Notes under the pieces: model-generated
The model's input: only the letters and a program-made list of their open reading frames with translations
Database searches by the model: none
Told to the model about the DNA's origin: nothing
Shown here: in pieces, positions 7,370 to 16,076 of the stretch
How the letters are laid out: every line of letters starts with the position of its first letter
How positions within the stretch are numbered: the first letter of the stretch is position 1
Position numbers and translations under genes: made by a program
Source of the DNA: a virus
Lineage: Duplodnaviria; Heunggongvirae; Uroviricota; Caudoviricetes
IMG/VR virus record: IMGVR_UViG_3300026472_000003
Span: 18,851-82,850 of that record
Reading direction: 5' to 3' (one strand)
Length of the DNA: 64,000 nucleotides

Positions 7370-8940
7370 ACCCCCTTCTTATTTTCTGATAGAATGAAGT
7401 ATAATCCTTTTTGTGTGAAGTGGCAACCCTCCCTAGTGGCCCTTATCCGTACCTACATATTCTGTACCCATATGTCCCTACCCACATAACCGTACCCCCA
7501 CCTTGTACCCCAGGCATACCCCACCCTAATTTCCAAGCAATGATACCCACCCCCGCCCCGTGGGCAGACGCTATACAGGCCCCTATCTCTTTATTTTGTG
7601 GGAAGAAAATATCTATTAGTGAGCGGAGCGAGCTGGCCTCTGGCTGGCGGAGACCTTACTTGCTTCGCTAACTTGTGTAAGGACTCGTGTAATGGGCTGG
7701 CTCCCTTGAACTTTGGGGCGAGTAGAGTCTTGAGTGTTTTAGTGTCCTTCGGACTCTCCGAGGTGCTAGACGTGTTACCACAGCCCATCCGGCCTGTCAA
7801 GGATTATTTTAAAATATCTTTGTGCCTAAGTTATTGTTATCGTTACCCTTTCCTTTCCTCACCGTTTGGAATCGGGTGGCCTTTTGCTATGCAAAATGAG
7901 CTTGACAAATACCGACATCACACATTTCTTGCATCTAGTTCTTGACATCTTGATCGTTCTCTGAGTCTGGCAATTTAACATAATACACCTTATACGCACT
8001 GAGTTACCCACACATTCAACGGCTCAACACTTAATCATTCTTTGACGCAACGATAAGGCGCGGAGCGTTGCCAGGCTGGCAAGATTGCAGGGTTTTAGGG
8101 TGTTGAGTGACGCGGAGCGGCACGGGGTGATCAGCCATTTCTACACGTATTTTGCTTGACTCTATTCATGATATGTGCCTACACTCATAGGCTGGTAACG
8201 GTGATGATTCTCACCTGAAACCACGTACAAAAATAAAAATAAAAAATAACTTGACATGAAGAGATAAACTTGTCTAGCACAAAGGCCACTCCGTGGCCTC
8301 CTCTGCCTCCTCAGTCACTCCATTACCTGAGCCATTAAACCTTTGTTCTCGCTAGCAATTATTCTTTTTTGGTGTGGATCTGTAAGCCCTGACGATCATT
8401 GTATTGTCTTGTATTGTCTTATGTCTTTACAAGGGATTGGCAGGGAATTAGCGGGGATTTAAACAGTGGTTAAACCCTATTTGTCAAGATTTAATTTGCG
8501 TATTTAGCGGATTATTTAGCGGGTTATTTTTTATGTCTTTTTGCTATCTTTTACCACTTCCCGCCATAGTCAGTTATGGAGGAAAAAACATCGTTTTTTC
8601 TTGACGTTTGGCGGAAAGAATGATTTGTGATTTGGTGTTCTGTAGAATGATGATCTTTTGTGTTTTGTGGTGTTTTGGTTATTTGATCTTTTGGGTGTTG
8701 GTCTTTTGCCTTGTCGTTTCACGCCAAACGGCAATAAACAAAATCACGGTAGTGATTTGGGTTACTCCATAACTGACTATGGCGGCGCTCCGCGCCGCCT
8801 CTCTGCATCGCGTGAAAAGTTGATTTGTGATAGTGCCGTGATCAGGGGATCACGGCAAGGGAGGGAAAAGAAAAGGATTTAACGGATATCTAAAGCGGTT
8901 GTTTGTTGTTTGTTTGAACTAGCGTTGATTAGCATACTAA
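7370..8940. other. long non-coding tract with short tandem repeats and hairpins (candidate genome terminus or repeat junction)
   Basis: only weak low-complexity ORFs without RBS; TTAGCATACTAA x2 (8929-8952), TATTTAGCGG x2 (~8501-8522), TTGTATTGTC x2 (~8399-8419). Confidence 0.6.
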
Positions 8941-9204
8941 TTAGCATACTAAAGAGGTAGCGCCAACCAGCAATAACGGTGCATCATAGCGAGTCAAGCT
9001 ACCGCAAGCCGCCAGGCGGGTAAACGTATAACCTACAATCTGTAAGACGTCGATCAGGTTGTTTACGTTGTTTACTGAGCTAGCATTAAAAAAGATTGCT
9101 CCGGTAGTGTTGAAAGCGTTGTTTGTGATGATTCCGAAAAGACACGCCACGGCGCAAGCTGCTACAAGGTTGATTTTTGACAGGTTGATGATGATTGCTT
9201 TCAT
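8941..9204 (-). CDS. small membrane protein, last gene of the leftward early island
   Basis: AAGGT RBS; hydrophobic N-terminus; promoter directly upstream. Confidence 0.6.
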   Translation of the reverse strand: MKAIIINLSKINLVAACAVACLFGIITNNAFNTTGAIFFNASSVNNVNNLIDVLQIVGYTFTRLAACGSLTRYDAPLLLVGATSLVC

Positions 9205-9249
9205 TTGGTGTTACCTTACATTAACGCCGCCAGACTTGACGACAAAAAC

Positions 9250-9286
9250 ATAATAGCAAAAAGCGCCGCCTGATGGCAAGCGCTTT
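9250..9286 (-). promoter_or_regulatory. sigma70 promoter in an inverted repeat, copy 1 of the AAAGCGC cassette
   Basis: minus strand AAAGCGC-TTGCCA-18 nt-TATTAT; spacer contains GCGCTTT. Confidence 0.7.
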
Positions 9287-9328
9287 GGCACCTTTTTAGC
9301 GATTTATTTTACTGCCTTTTTCGCTTTC

Positions 9329-9574
9329 TTAAACGCTCCACGTTCTGGCATAATCCATCAATGCACGGATGTAGCCACGATAACCGCCGTATGTCGTGTG
9401 GCGCTTTAATTTAGCGTTACGATACCATGCGACAATGACCGATCCGCCTTTAGTAATACCGCCAAAAATACCGCGATCTCCGTGCTCGCCAGCCTTGACC
9501 CATTGCCCACGCTGCAAACTGGTTAGGTCTATGCTTTCATCCCATATGTTAACTGTTTTTGTGAATTTTGCCAT
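9329..9574 (-). CDS. hypothetical early protein
   Basis: GAGGT RBS; own promoter. Confidence 0.75.
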   Translation of the reverse strand: MAKFTKTVNIWDESIDLTSLQRGQWVKAGEHGDRGIFGGITKGGSVIVAWYRNAKLKRHTTYGGYRGYIRALMDYARTWSV

Positions 9575-9616
9575 GATGTTGACCTCTTTGTTTTTGGCTG
9601 AAACTTCAATATGGAT

Positions 9617-9652
9617 AAGATAGCAAAAGCGCCGCCTGATGGCAAGCGCTTT
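9617..9652 (-). promoter_or_regulatory. sigma70 promoter, copy 2 of the AAAGCGC cassette
   Basis: AAAGCGC-TTGCCA-17 nt-TATCTT; nearly identical to 9250-9286. Confidence 0.7.
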
Positions 9653-9663
9653 AACTTTTGGTT

Positions 9664-9870
9664 TTAGATGTTGTCTGCGTGAAAGTAAAAAAGTTCTTGC
9701 GCTCTTTGGGCGGGGTAATCGGTCTCTGTAGTGTTTACAGTCTGGTCTACTCTTTTCCCTTCTATAAGCCCGTGGACGTGAAAGAAAGTCTCACCGTCAA
9801 GCTGTACGGCATCCATGATAATAATATTACTTTCGTTATTGCTCTTTTCCTGAATGCGGATCGTTGTCAT
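9664..9870 (-). CDS. hypothetical early protein
   Basis: start moved to ATG 9870 (MTTIRIQEK) behind GGGGTTACAGC. Confidence 0.65.
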   Translation of the reverse strand: MTTIRIQEKSNNESNIIIMDAVQLDGETFFHVHGLIEGKRVDQTVNTTETDYPAQRAQELFYFHADNI

Positions 9871-9917
9871 GCTGTAACCCCTTTGATTAGTTTTTAGCGC
9901 TTTGTTTTGACAGAGAG

Positions 9918-9953
9918 AGGATAGCAAAAGCGCCCACACAATGCAAGCGCTTT
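9918..9953 (-). promoter_or_regulatory. sigma70 promoter, copy 3 of the AAAGCGC cassette
   Basis: AAAGCGC-TTGCAT-17 nt-TATCCT. Confidence 0.65.
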
Positions 9954-9972
9954 GTTTATTCATCCTTTCCCT

Positions 9973-10242
9973 TTAGTCTTGGAATAGTTGATTCATCAAT
10001 TCAACCAGGCCCAGATCACACGGTGGCGGCGTGGGTATGACGTAATAGCCAACTTTACGAATAGAGACGCTCATCACGTCGAACTCTTCACGGCTTATGA
10101 TAAACCGACCGTTTCCCAAGTGCGCCCAGTATTCACAGCTTACACGCTCAAAAGACACGGCGATAACATGCACGGGGATTATTTCTGCTTTAAAAGCGTT
10201 GTCCATCGGGTTACGGGTAGGTTGTAAGGTGATATTGTCCAT
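9973..10242 (-). CDS. hypothetical early protein
   Basis: AAGGA RBS. Confidence 0.65.
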   Translation of the reverse strand: MDNITLQPTRNPMDNAFKAEIIPVHVIAVSFERVSCEYWAHLGNGRFIISREEFDVMSVSIRKVGYYVIPTPPPCDLGLVELMNQLFQD

Positions 10243-10252
10243 TCTCTGATCC

Positions 10253-10888
10253 TTAATAAAAGTCTAAGTTTTCGGGATTTAAAAATTCAAAATTACGATG
10301 TATCGGTGTACCCGTTTCACCGCTACCCCATTGATTAAGATTATAGATCGCCGTGCGGCGGATTGCTAGCCCTTTTTCTATCTTTTCCTCTGCCTCTTTT
10401 TGCTTTCCATCTAAAAAGGTGTGAAACGTGGGGCGCGGTGCGTTGTTCTCTTTTTCCCACGCGGTTAAATCATCCCTTTCAGATAGTGCAAACATCAGAT
10501 CACTAAAGCCTTCATTTGCCATAGCTTGCCCAGTGCCAAACATTGAATGATGATAGCTGAAAGTAACATGAAAGGGTTTTACTTTTGGTAGTTTGGAATC
10601 TTTCGGCAATGGCTTGCAAGTGGCGATATGTTTATTTTCATCAATAGCGGAATTGATTATAAGCGCCTCAGTGTGGGCGGTTTGGATGCTAAACCATTCA
10701 TTTAGCCATTTGTTGTATTTGGTGAAAGTGGTGATCATGGTTGTTTCAGAACGGTGAGAAGAAAGATAGGTGTTCGGTGCGCCGTTCTGGCAGATAATCA
10801 ATGTATTGTCTATAGCTTTAATGTGGGCGGTAACTCCTATTTTATTGTTTGCATCGATCAGGATTGCGAAAAATTGTGACTTGTTCAT
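10253..10888 (-). CDS. hypothetical early protein
   Basis: GAGGTTACGAT-ATG start at 10888. Confidence 0.75.
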   Translation of the reverse strand: MNKSQFFAILIDANNKIGVTAHIKAIDNTLIICQNGAPNTYLSSHRSETTMITTFTKYNKWLNEWFSIQTAHTEALIINSAIDENKHIATCKPLPKDSKLPKVKPFHVTFSYHHSMFGTGQAMANEGFSDLMFALSERDDLTAWEKENNAPRPTFHTFLDGKQKEAEEKIEKGLAIRRTAIYNLNQWGSGETGTPIHRNFEFLNPENLDFY

Positions 10889-10937
10889 ATCGTAACCTCG
10901 CATTGATTATCTGGCGGTTGCCTTGCGGTATGAAAAG

Positions 10938-10966
10938 AGTATACACATAAGGCTAACCGCAATCAA
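10938..10966 (-). promoter_or_regulatory. sigma70 promoter bracketed by an inverted repeat
   Basis: TTGATT-17-TATACT; arms TTGCGGT (10923-10929) and ACCGCAA (10956-10962). Confidence 0.65.
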
Positions 10967-10991
10967 TAGGCCTGGCACTCAATTTACATGA

Positions 10992-11489
10992 TTATTCTTC
11001 TACTAAAGCGTAGTAATCATCCTTTCCCGATACCCTGCTGATCACATCCTTTACACTGGCGACTAATTGACACATCTTTTTAAGCACATAACGTAAATGA
11101 TAAAAATGATGTACATATGCTTGCATTGTTTCCAACTTGCTAGCGCCTGGCACGATGGTAAACAAGTCTAAGGCGTAATAGTGATTATACCAGTTAACGA
11201 CTGCCGGATTATCTAGCGGATCATCCGTTTCGCTGTACTCATTCAAGCCGTATGAGTGAAACACCTTTAGATAGTCGATCAGTGTTTGATATGCCGTTTC
11301 CTTGTCACTTGCCCAGAACTCTATCGATTCCGTCAACCATTCCCGATCATCTTGGGTTACATCATCACGATCAGCGTAGGGAAGAAATGACAAGCTGAAA
11401 AGCGTCAATCCTGGTTGACGTGACAGAGTGTAGTTTTCAGACCTGAGTGATCGGCCTTTTGCGTCCTCAGTCTCTATAATATGTTTCAT
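10992..11489 (-). CDS. hypothetical early protein
   Basis: AGGGGTGAG RBS; 165 aa. Confidence 0.75.
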   Translation of the reverse strand: MKHIIETEDAKGRSLRSENYTLSRQPGLTLFSLSFLPYADRDDVTQDDREWLTESIEFWASDKETAYQTLIDYLKVFHSYGLNEYSETDDPLDNPAVVNWYNHYYALDLFTIVPGASKLETMQAYVHHFYHLRYVLKKMCQLVASVKDVISRVSGKDDYYALVEE

Positions 11490-11525
11490 AACTCACCCCT
11501 TAAAGTAATCCGACGGTAAAAAATC

Positions 11526-11921
11526 TTATCCTAGATGGATAAATTCATCATCACCAATCACGGGACTTTGTTCGCCATAGGTTTTTGATAGTTCTGTCAG
11601 GCGGTCGCCCAAATCGCCCAGGCCACGATCCCAGAATCCAACGCCGTGACCGTTGCGAGTTAACCAAAAATCATGGCCTATCAATTCCCACACGTTATAA
11701 TTTCCACGCTGATAGTGGTCTGGTAATTCTGAGATAAGAACGCCACCAGCAAACAAAAAAGAATCACAATCACTACGGATCAGGCGCTTTGCTTCTATTG
11801 ATAATTCATTTGGCAAGCCGTCCAACGGTTCGCCGTTGTCGTCGGTACTACTCCACAATAGCGCCTCAGTGTAGCCCTGGATGATTAAATCTAACGGTTG
11901 TCTAGTGTTTTGATTGCTCAT
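11526..11921 (-). CDS. phage hypothetical protein with a GHDFWLTRNGHGxGFWD motif
   Basis: 131 aa with a strongly motif-like C-terminal block. Confidence 0.75.
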   Translation of the reverse strand: MSNQNTRQPLDLIIQGYTEALLWSSTDDNGEPLDGLPNELSIEAKRLIRSDCDSFLFAGGVLISELPDHYQRGNYNVWELIGHDFWLTRNGHGVGFWDRGLGDLGDRLTELSKTYGEQSPVIGDDEFIHLG

Positions 11922-11927
11922 CTTCTT

Positions 11928-12236
11928 TTATCCTTCCAGCGGGAAAACATCATTAACAATTGCAACGATAACACCGCAAGCCGCCGTCGATGACGGTAGC
12001 GGATCGCTTTCGGCTTGTTGAATAGCGCCCATACTGTAGGACACATTGAAAGACTGTTTTACCGCGTCTTTGTCGATAAGGCGATCAGATTGAACTGTAA
12101 CGATTAACGGGTCTGCCTGGGCCTTGTCGTCAACATGACAAAAGGTAAATACTGTTTTCTTTCCAACCTGCTGATAATCACACATTACAGAATCTGAAAC
12201 ACCTGAAAGAATAAATAACTGATTTGCCTTGAACAT
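11928..12236 (-). CDS. hypothetical early protein
   Basis: GGCGGTTAC-ATG start. Confidence 0.7.
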   Translation of the reverse strand: MFKANQLFILSGVSDSVMCDYQQVGKKTVFTFCHVDDKAQADPLIVTVQSDRLIDKDAVKQSFNVSYSMGAIQQAESDPLPSSTAACGVIVAIVNDVFPLEG

Positions 12237-12273
12237 GTAACCGCCTTAACTTGATGTTGTTTGCTCGAATGGA

Positions 12274-12301
12274 ATGATAACAGAGTGACATATTATGTCA
12301 A
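12274..12301 (-). promoter_or_regulatory. sigma70 promoter whose -35 is one arm of a hairpin
   Basis: TTGACA-16-TATCAT; CAGAG(T)TGACA-taata-TGTCACTCTG. Confidence 0.6.
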
Positions 12302-12317
12302 CTCTGATCACGTCTTT

Positions 12318-12500
12318 TTATTCGTTTTCTTCCCCTGGGTACTCAATACAGACCGGATCGACATAGCGAGGATCACGGCGAACATCAGCGGCGGCAATCT
12401 CACAGGTTAGCGGATCATCATACGTTGCCAGGGAATAATCATCGCACTGGGTAACGCCTAACGTGGTAAACATGCAAATACTAGCGAAAATTTCGAACAT
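12318..12500 (-). CDS. small four-Cys protein, DUF1482/YebW-like
   Basis: hydrophobic N-terminal strand-C...C..xxxTY...C...C spacing; GAGGT RBS. Confidence 0.55.
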   Translation of the reverse strand: MFEIFASICMFTTLGVTQCDDYSLATYDDPLTCEIAAADVRRDPRYVDPVCIEYPGEENE

Positions 12501-12509
12501 GATAGACCT

Positions 12510-12728
12510 CTATTTTTTAATCACAACGGCCTGAATGGTATCACCCTGTTTAACGCCGTCTTTCAATTCGTCACACATTGCGATGTGTTCACCTTTCAAT
12601 AGCGTGTAGCTATTTTCATGTGCGGTGCATTCTGCAACTGTTTTAAACGTCTTTCTCACTTCCCAATCACATTGCAATGATACGTTAGTGAATGAGATAT
12701 GACAAGCCAGAACAAGGAAACCGATCAT
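12510..12728 (-). CDS. small four-Cys protein, DUF1482/YebW-like paralogue
   Basis: MIGFLVLAC...C...TFKTVAEC...C; start moved to 12728. Confidence 0.55.
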   Translation of the reverse strand: MIGFLVLACHISFTNVSLQCDWEVRKTFKTVAECTAHENSYTLLKGEHIAMCDELKDGVKQGDTIQAVVIKK

Positions 12729-12907
12729 ACAGTAGCCCCCGCCAGATGGTTGTTTTCGATCACATCCTGCAATGCACAATTAACCTGGTATTCATCAATA
12801 ATGAAGGGTTCTTGAGAGTAACTATTTTGTAACCCATCACAGACTAACATAAAAAACTCGCCTTTGTAATGCTTTGATACTAAGGCCTCTATCTTTTCAC
12901 GGGTCAT
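12725..12907 (-). CDS. hypothetical early protein
   Basis: GGCGGTT RBS before ATG 12907 (MTREKIEAL). Confidence 0.6.
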   Translation of the reverse strand: MTREKIEALVSKHYKGEFFMLVCDGLQNSYSQEPFIIDEYQVNCALQDVIENNHLAGATV

Positions 12908-12937
12908 AATAACCGCCTTAATTGTCTTTGTGTTGAG

Positions 12938-12967
12938 AGTATGCGCCCCAGGTGGGGCGCTTGTCAA
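12938..12967 (-). promoter_or_regulatory. sigma70 promoter with a palindromic spacer
   Basis: TTGACA-aGCGCCCCacctGGGGCG-CATACT. Confidence 0.7.
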
Positions 12968-12971
12968 TATC

Positions 12972-13244
12972 TCATTTGTTTATTTTATTTGTGGTGTTGT
13001 ATTCACCGTAACGATTAACAGAGATAGTGACAGATTGCGGGAGTAGACAACGGACACGGGCGGCGCGGTCTTCATAATTTTTTATATGTGACGGGGTATT
13101 GTTGCGGGTAAATTTGACACGTAAACGCAATTCTTTTGGGTTGCGATCATCAATACCAGTTACCACACCAAAAGCAATTTGGCCATAATTATGATAAACC
13201 ATTTTACCTAAGTATTTTAATTCTAATTGCTCTTTAGTGAACAT
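12972..13244 (-). CDS. hypothetical early protein
   Basis: GAGGTTACAAT-ATG. Confidence 0.7.
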   Translation of the reverse strand: MFTKEQLELKYLGKMVYHNYGQIAFGVVTGIDDRNPKELRLRVKFTRNNTPSHIKNYEDRAARVRCLLPQSVTISVNRYGEYNTTNKINK

Positions 13245-13325
13245 ATTGTAACCTCTTTTTAAGTTATAGCGGGTTGCTATGTGGACATATTATCATGTTG
13301 GTTCGTTGTGTCAATACCTGAAAAC

Positions 13326-13357
13326 GAAAAAAACCACGGCTTTTTATACCGTGGCTT
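13326..13357 (-). terminator. intrinsic terminator
   Basis: minus strand AAGCCACGG-loop-CCGTGGTTTTTTTT. Confidence 0.65.
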
Positions 13358-13388
13358 GTTCTCTCTCTGTGAGCCTCTCTATCAGGCT

Positions 13389-13619
13389 TTAATAATCAGG
13401 CATGTATAACGCCGATTGATGATGTAAAGCGCGGCGGCGCTCTGCTGCCTGCTTTAAATTGCGGGGGGTGTATCCGTCTGGTTCCATCCCTACAATAACC
13501 CGCCGTGGCTTGTTCAGTTTATCATTACGTTGGCGTCTTTCGTCAACCTCACCATATCCCAAACGTACACGGGTACGGTTTGATTTTATTTTTTCAGTTA
13601 TGCCGTTTGTTTGTTGCAT
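13389..13619 (-). CDS. basic hypothetical protein
   Basis: GAGGG RBS; Arg-rich. Confidence 0.65.
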   Translation of the reverse strand: MQQTNGITEKIKSNRTRVRLGYGEVDERRQRNDKLNKPRRVIVGMEPDGYTPRNLKQAAERRRALHHQSALYMPDY

Positions 13620-13631
13620 CTTTCGCCCTCA

Positions 13632-13982
13632 TTATCCTGGTCTTTGTGTTTCGTGGTCAATACATACACCGTCACGATCTGCGATCTCATCGTTTCGTGT
13701 ATCGATGTACTCATTAACAAAATCTTTTGTTCCGCTTATGTGTCTGAGTATCACACCGTTTCGGCGTTTTACTTCCATTACTAGACCAACGCCTTCCAGA
13801 TCATTTAATGCACCTGATCGCCGTGTATGATACTTGTAACCTTGGAACGAATATTCTACATAATGGAACATATATCTGACCCTATATTGATACCAGAAAA
13901 ATAAAACCAGTCTTTTTACTATGACGTGAACCTTAAAAACATAGGCTCCGACACAAATAATAATTATGGTTGACAATTCCAT
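13632..13982 (-). CDS. hypothetical protein with an N-terminal TM segment
   Basis: starts 1 nt after the upstream stop; hydrophobic first 25 aa. Confidence 0.65.
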   Translation of the reverse strand: MELSTIIIICVGAYVFKVHVIVKRLVLFFWYQYRVRYMFHYVEYSFQGYKYHTRRSGALNDLEGVGLVMEVKRRNGVILRHISGTKDFVNEYIDTRNDEIADRDGVCIDHETQRPG

Positions 13983-13983
13983 T

Positions 13984-14550
13984 TTAATAGTCTTCCAAGA
14001 TAGTCTCTATTTCTTGCAACTCTTTACCAGAAAATACTTTTCTCAACTCTTCGCCAACCTTCTGACAGGATAAATATAATTCTAGACCTTTCCGGCTGTC
14101 AACATCATAACCCAGATTAGCGCAAAAATCAGAATGGGAATCTTGAGATAATGACATATCACTTAATAAACCATAAAGAACGCTTGCCGCTGATGGGGTG
14201 GGTACGAAAACTTTAAAACCAAAAGACATGGCTTTATTATTGTTGCGTTTATGATCTTCACGCGACCAGTTAGCTTGACTCACGATTGAAACCGTCGCTA
14301 CCACTTTGTCAAGTTCTTTTTTGTCCGTACCTGTTAGGCCAGTGGCGCGGCCTACACGGTGGCCCGTGCCTGTCTTAAACTCGGTGCGGTAGACCTTCCC
14401 AGCCTTTTCAAACGACACGAAAAACAGATCCGCTTCCCATTCAGGATCAGGATTAACGCCGCCGTTAACCGCTTTAAATGTAATACCTTTTTCGTTCAGG
14501 AAGTTAAAAACAGCAACATCTTGATCGTTGAAACTGATTTGATTATTCAT
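13984..14550 (-). CDS. phage hypothetical early protein
   Basis: GAGGTTACACC-ATG; motif-like DFCANLGYDVDSRKG. Confidence 0.8.
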   Translation of the reverse strand: MNNQISFNDQDVAVFNFLNEKGITFKAVNGGVNPDPEWEADLFFVSFEKAGKVYRTEFKTGTGHRVGRATGLTGTDKKELDKVVATVSIVSQANWSREDHKRNNNKAMSFGFKVFVPTPSAASVLYGLLSDMSLSQDSHSDFCANLGYDVDSRKGLELYLSCQKVGEELRKVFSGKELQEIETILEDY

Positions 14551-14604
14551 GGTGTAACCTCTTTTGTTTGTAATTAAGGGCGTTTCCCTTACTTGATAGG
14601 GCTT

Positions 14605-14633
14605 ATCTTAAAGCCCCATCTATTAAGAGTCAA
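14605..14633 (-). promoter_or_regulatory. sigma70 promoter with the -10 hexamer as a hairpin loop
   Basis: TTGACT-17-TAAGAT; GGGCTT-[TAAGAT]-AAGCCC. Confidence 0.7.
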
Positions 14634-14637
14634 CAAA

Positions 14638-14865
14638 TTAAATTAGATTATCAAAAAAATCTTGCGGCTTGATTATTGCATTTTTGCCGCCATTGCCTAA
14701 CCACTTATTAATATGGCGTGTTGTCGTGGCGCTGTACTTGCGATCCGTTTTATAACTGATCCCGTCTGTGATCGCCGCTACTGGTGTGCTATAGCTTACA
14801 AAAACTTGATCACCGTTTGACTTTGTGATCTCTGTTTGGTTTGCTGAAATGCTGTTAATTTTCAT
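14638..14865 (-). CDS. phage hypothetical protein (SYxTxVA...YSxTTxRH type)
   Basis: AAAGGG RBS; motif-like SYSTPVAA and KYSATTTRHINKW. Confidence 0.7.
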   Translation of the reverse strand: MKINSISANQTEITKSNGDQVFVSYSTPVAAITDGISYKTDRKYSATTTRHINKWLGNGGKNAIIKPQDFFDNLI

Positions 14866-14867
14866 GA

Positions 14868-15266
14868 TTAAAGCCCTTTCAAATAATTATTGGTTACCCG
14901 GTAAACATAGCGATAAGCGCGTTTTGTGGCGTGGGTTACCGTGAATGATTCATAGGCCAGATCATAACCGATTTTTTCAAGCCAGTAAAGCGCCATTTCT
15001 TGCCCGTCGTTTCCGGTTTGTTCACGGCGACGCGGCGACGTTAGGATCTCCAGGGAAAAAGCCCCGGTGTAATTGTTTTGAACGGTGACCAGGTCGCCCC
15101 GGTGCAAGGTGGCGCGGTACTTATTGATCACGTTGCCGTTAACGTCCCGGCCAAAATCAAAGGCATCGACAACCACGAAAAAATCACCCTTAGAATTTAC
15201 AGACGGGTTAGCAGTAAGGCGGCGGACTGCATCAGCCAGATTGATGGATGTTTTAAACTTTGCCAT
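14868..15266 (-). CDS. hypothetical early protein
   Basis: GAGGTTTACATC-ATG. Confidence 0.75.
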   Translation of the reverse strand: MAKFKTSINLADAVRRLTANPSVNSKGDFFVVVDAFDFGRDVNGNVINKYRATLHRGDLVTVQNNYTGAFSLEILTSPRRREQTGNDGQEMALYWLEKIGYDLAYESFTVTHATKRAYRYVYRVTNNYLKGL

Positions 15267-15310
15267 GATGTAAACCTCTTAATAATTACGTTTCACTTGA
15301 ACATAAAGAG

Positions 15311-15339
15311 AATATAATCTCTTTATGCGCCAGTGTCAA
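15311..15339 (-). promoter_or_regulatory. sigma70 promoter with the -10 in a hairpin loop
   Basis: TTGACA-17-TATATT; 10-bp arms CATAAAGAGA (15302-15311) and TCTCTTTATG (15318-15327). Confidence 0.7.
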
Positions 15340-15344
15340 CTATA

Positions 15345-15635
15345 TTAAATCAATGAAAGCATTTCTTTATAGGTTGATTCTGTTATTTCAGTGATAGACT
15401 TAACCCGGACAAGGTGCGCCCCGCAATCAGACCAATAACCGCTTTCATCTTTTTCTTGAATGGAATCAAAGGAGTAGTGACCATCGCCGCAACGGCTTTC
15501 CGCTTCAAACGCCGCCGCTTCAATGTCCGATTCTGCGATCAGGTCTACAGTGGGAAACTCTTTTCCATCATACATGACATAAATTTTAACGAGAAAGAAT
15601 TTTTCATTTTGTGATTTGCTATTTACTGTAGACAT
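15345..15635 (-). CDS. acidic hypothetical early protein
   Basis: GAGGTT RBS. Confidence 0.7.
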   Translation of the reverse strand: MSTVNSKSQNEKFFLVKIYVMYDGKEFPTVDLIAESDIEAAAFEAESRCGDGHYSFDSIQEKDESGYWSDCGAHLVRVKSITEITESTYKEMLSLI

Positions 15636-15716
15636 TTTAAAACCTCTTTTCTTTGTTATGCGGGGATGTTTCCCCGCTATGAATATAAATATAAACCATC
15701 TAATTTTTTATTTCAA

Positions 15717-16076
15717 TTACTTAATGAAGTTTTTTAAATCTTTTCTTCTCATATCCGTTCTTTGGGTAACGTTTATTTTTATTCCTTTTTCTTTTGCCCA
15801 GTTATCCAGATATCCCCTGGTTGGTGTTTCCCCGATAATAAGTAGTAAGTCTTTTAATGCAACATCTAAAGCGTGGGAACCGTACCCATATTTAAGATCA
15901 CGGCTTTTATTTAAAGTCAACCATTCATTTGTTTCAGGACAAGTAAATGATAATTCATACACAAAATAAGTATTAGCATAAGAATCAGTCCAATCTAAGG
16001 AAACAAAATCCAGCACCGCTGTTTTATCAGTAAGTGCTTTTTTAAACAGCTCAACAATATTAATATTTTCCATCAT
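15717..16076 (-). CDS. hypothetical early protein
   Basis: GAGG upstream of ATGATG at 16076/16073. Confidence 0.65.
   Translation of the reverse strand: MMENINIVELFKKALTDKTAVLDFVSLDWTDSYANTYFVYELSFTCPETNEWLTLNKSRDLKYGYGSHALDVALKDLLLIIGETPTRGYLDNWAKEKGIKINVTQRTDMRRKDLKNFIK

Noticed and set aside
7411-7945. Plus- and minus-strand ORFs of 69-115 aa in the non-coding tract
   Set aside because: Low-complexity Pro-rich translations, GTG/TTG starts and no RBS
8658-8882. 74-aa hydrophobic ORF
   Set aside because: TTG start in a TG-rich skewed tract with no RBS; the hydrophobicity comes from base composition
13287-13314. Promoter upstream of the 12972-13244 gene
   Set aside because: TTGACA is present but the best -10 gives a 14- or 16-nt spacing; left out of the feature list as uncertain
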